This document shows positions 55,804-56,940 of a stretch of DNA of 56,940 nucleotides, piece after piece. The stretch is from a virus (taxonomy: Duplodnaviria; Caudoviricetes). The DNA lies in the IMG/VR virus record IMGVR_UViG_3300032093_009193, positions 1 to 56,940 of that record; one strand, 5' to 3'. The position numbers were made by a program, and so were the translations under genes. The notes beneath the pieces are model-generated. The model had not been told where the DNA came from. It worked only from the letters and a program-made list of their open reading frames with translations, and did no database searches. The number at the start of each line of letters is the position of its first letter. Positions within the stretch are counted from its first letter, which is position 1.

Positions 55804-56940
55804 ATAAGTTCAACTCTGTCTGGAGCTATTGTATATTTAATATTAGATGATGATTTGAAAAAATTATTTTTAAAATTAAAGAATAAATTTACAGGAGAGT
55901 TTGATATATTGTATAATTCCAAAATTCCAGAAGCTATATTAATTCTTCCATAATTTTTTGAAGCATCGTATGCAGTAGTTGATGGATATTGTATAAATGT
56001 TCTTAAATCTATAAATCCATCAATCGCTTGATTTGTTGCTTTAAAAACTCTCAGATATACTGTTTGTGAAAATTTATCTTGAAAATTATTTGAAATTGTA
56101 TTTAAACCTTCATTTATTTCAATTTCATTGTTGTCAAAATTTAAAATTGTTGAAGCTATGTTTGGCGTAACGATTCCACTAAATTTAATTTTTAATGTCG
56201 CTGAATTTATTGGAAAAACACTAATTAAAGCATCTTCAACTCCTCTAAGATCAATATTATATTGATTCGTATAAGAATAATTTTGTACTAAATAATCTCT
56301 TATATTTTTTATTAGTGTATTTTTTTCTTGTTGTGTTAAATTTGAATTTGTTGGAACAAATTTAACATCATAACTGATTAATCTTGATTCACTCTCAACA
56401 AATTCAGGCAATATAGACAAAGTACATTTAGTTTTTAAATAAGCAACAAGATCTAGTATATCTTCTCTTGGTAAAATGTCAGTGGTAACAAATACTCTAC
56501 CATATTTTGGTGGGAAAAATTCTTCACCACCAAATGCATTGAAGTTAGATTTAGTAACATTATATCCTTTAGATTTTAAATATTCGGAAGAAATTGCTAA
56601 AAAATCATCTTTAGTCACAGCTCTATTTTGTGCTGCAAAGAATTTTGGAGCTATAAATTTGTAATATGATAAATCTGGAGAATCTAATCCACCAGAAGAA
56701 CCAGAAATAACTTCAATTGCACTATATGTTAGTTCTGTTGTTGAGAATGATACTATATTATTTCCAGCAGATCCAGAAGACACCAAATAACTTATACGAA
56801 TTCTATAATCTTCTTCTATTTTATTGCCTAAAGTATTTTCTTTTCCAAATTGAATTTCAAAACCAGTATCGAATCTTTCAACAAAATATATTGTTTGACT
56901 TAGATTCTCTGTACTATCACCAATATTATCAAGTTCAGTC
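55800..56940 (-). CDS. 6: Baseplate wedge subunit gp6; partial, starts beyond the right edge
   Basis: Frame is open upstream of 56786 (YFVERFDTGFEIQFGK...ISYLVSSG.AGN), then APK.FAAQNRAVT..DF, GGEE..PP.YGRVF and G.IN...G. Confidence 0.9.
   Translation of the reverse strand, partial: TELDNIGDSTENLSQTIYFVERFDTGFEIQFGKENTLGNKIEEDYRIRISYLVSSGSAGNNIVSFSTTELTYSAIEVISGSSGGLDSPDLSYYKFIAPKFFAAQNRAVTKDDFLAISSEYLKSKGYNVTKSNFNAFGGEEFFPPKYGRVFVTTDILPREDILDLVAYLKTKCTLSILPEFVESESRLISYDVKFVPTNSNLTQQEKNTLIKNIRDYLVQNYSYTNQYNIDLRGVEDALISVFPINSATLKIKFSGIVTPNIASTILNFDNNEIEINEGLNTISNNFQDKFSQTVYLRVFKATNQAIDGFIDLRTFIQYPSTTAYDASKNYGRINIASGILELYNISNSPVNLFFNFKNNFFKSSSNIKYTIAPDRVELI

Noticed and set aside
434-56664. 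About 40 short plus-strand ORFs in the supplied track, plus nested minus-strand ORFs at 23311, 30947 and 36606
   Set aside because: They overlap well-supported minus-strand genes, show no recognisable motifs and look like antisense or alternate-frame shadows.
1-56940. Stop-codon reassignment, tRNA genes or CRISPR arrays
   Set aside because: The standard code gives full-length genes at high density, TAA/TGA/TAG all end genes, intergenic gaps are short, and no cloverleaf or spaced direct repeats were noticed.

Overview
This window is a contiguous piece of an AT-rich T4-like myovirus genome (cyanophage/pelagiphage-type gene order). All credible genes are on the minus strand. In transcription order (right to left) it holds: baseplate wedge gp6 (partial), gp7 and gp8; a short DUF4815/VrlC-like gene; two fibre/decoration genes; four large cysteine-rich fibre-like genes with GACC repeats, three with collagen-like starts and three ending in a DUF1566-like lectin-fold domain; neck, terminase and tail genes gp13-gp18; three tandem gp19 tail-tube paralogs; head genes gp20-gp23; gp3, uvsY, uvsW, gp55, gp47/46, gp45/44/62 and regA. 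Where gp43 would usually follow regA there is instead a ~13 kb island of at least 17 glycan-biosynthesis genes: about 12 putative glycosyltransferases, 3 O-methyltransferase-like genes, a sugar C-methyltransferase and an epimerase. T4 late promoters (TATAAATA) precede and lie within the island. The main hypothesis (inference) is a phage-encoded virion protein O-glycosylation system. It would use a GmaR/SunS-type initiating GT2 plus a swappable AT-rich cassette of extending and capping enzymes, acting on G-x-T/S motifs that appear clustered in exposed or inserted parts of capsid, sheath, neck, baseplate and fibre proteins. All family assignments come from motifs recognised by eye, with no database search.
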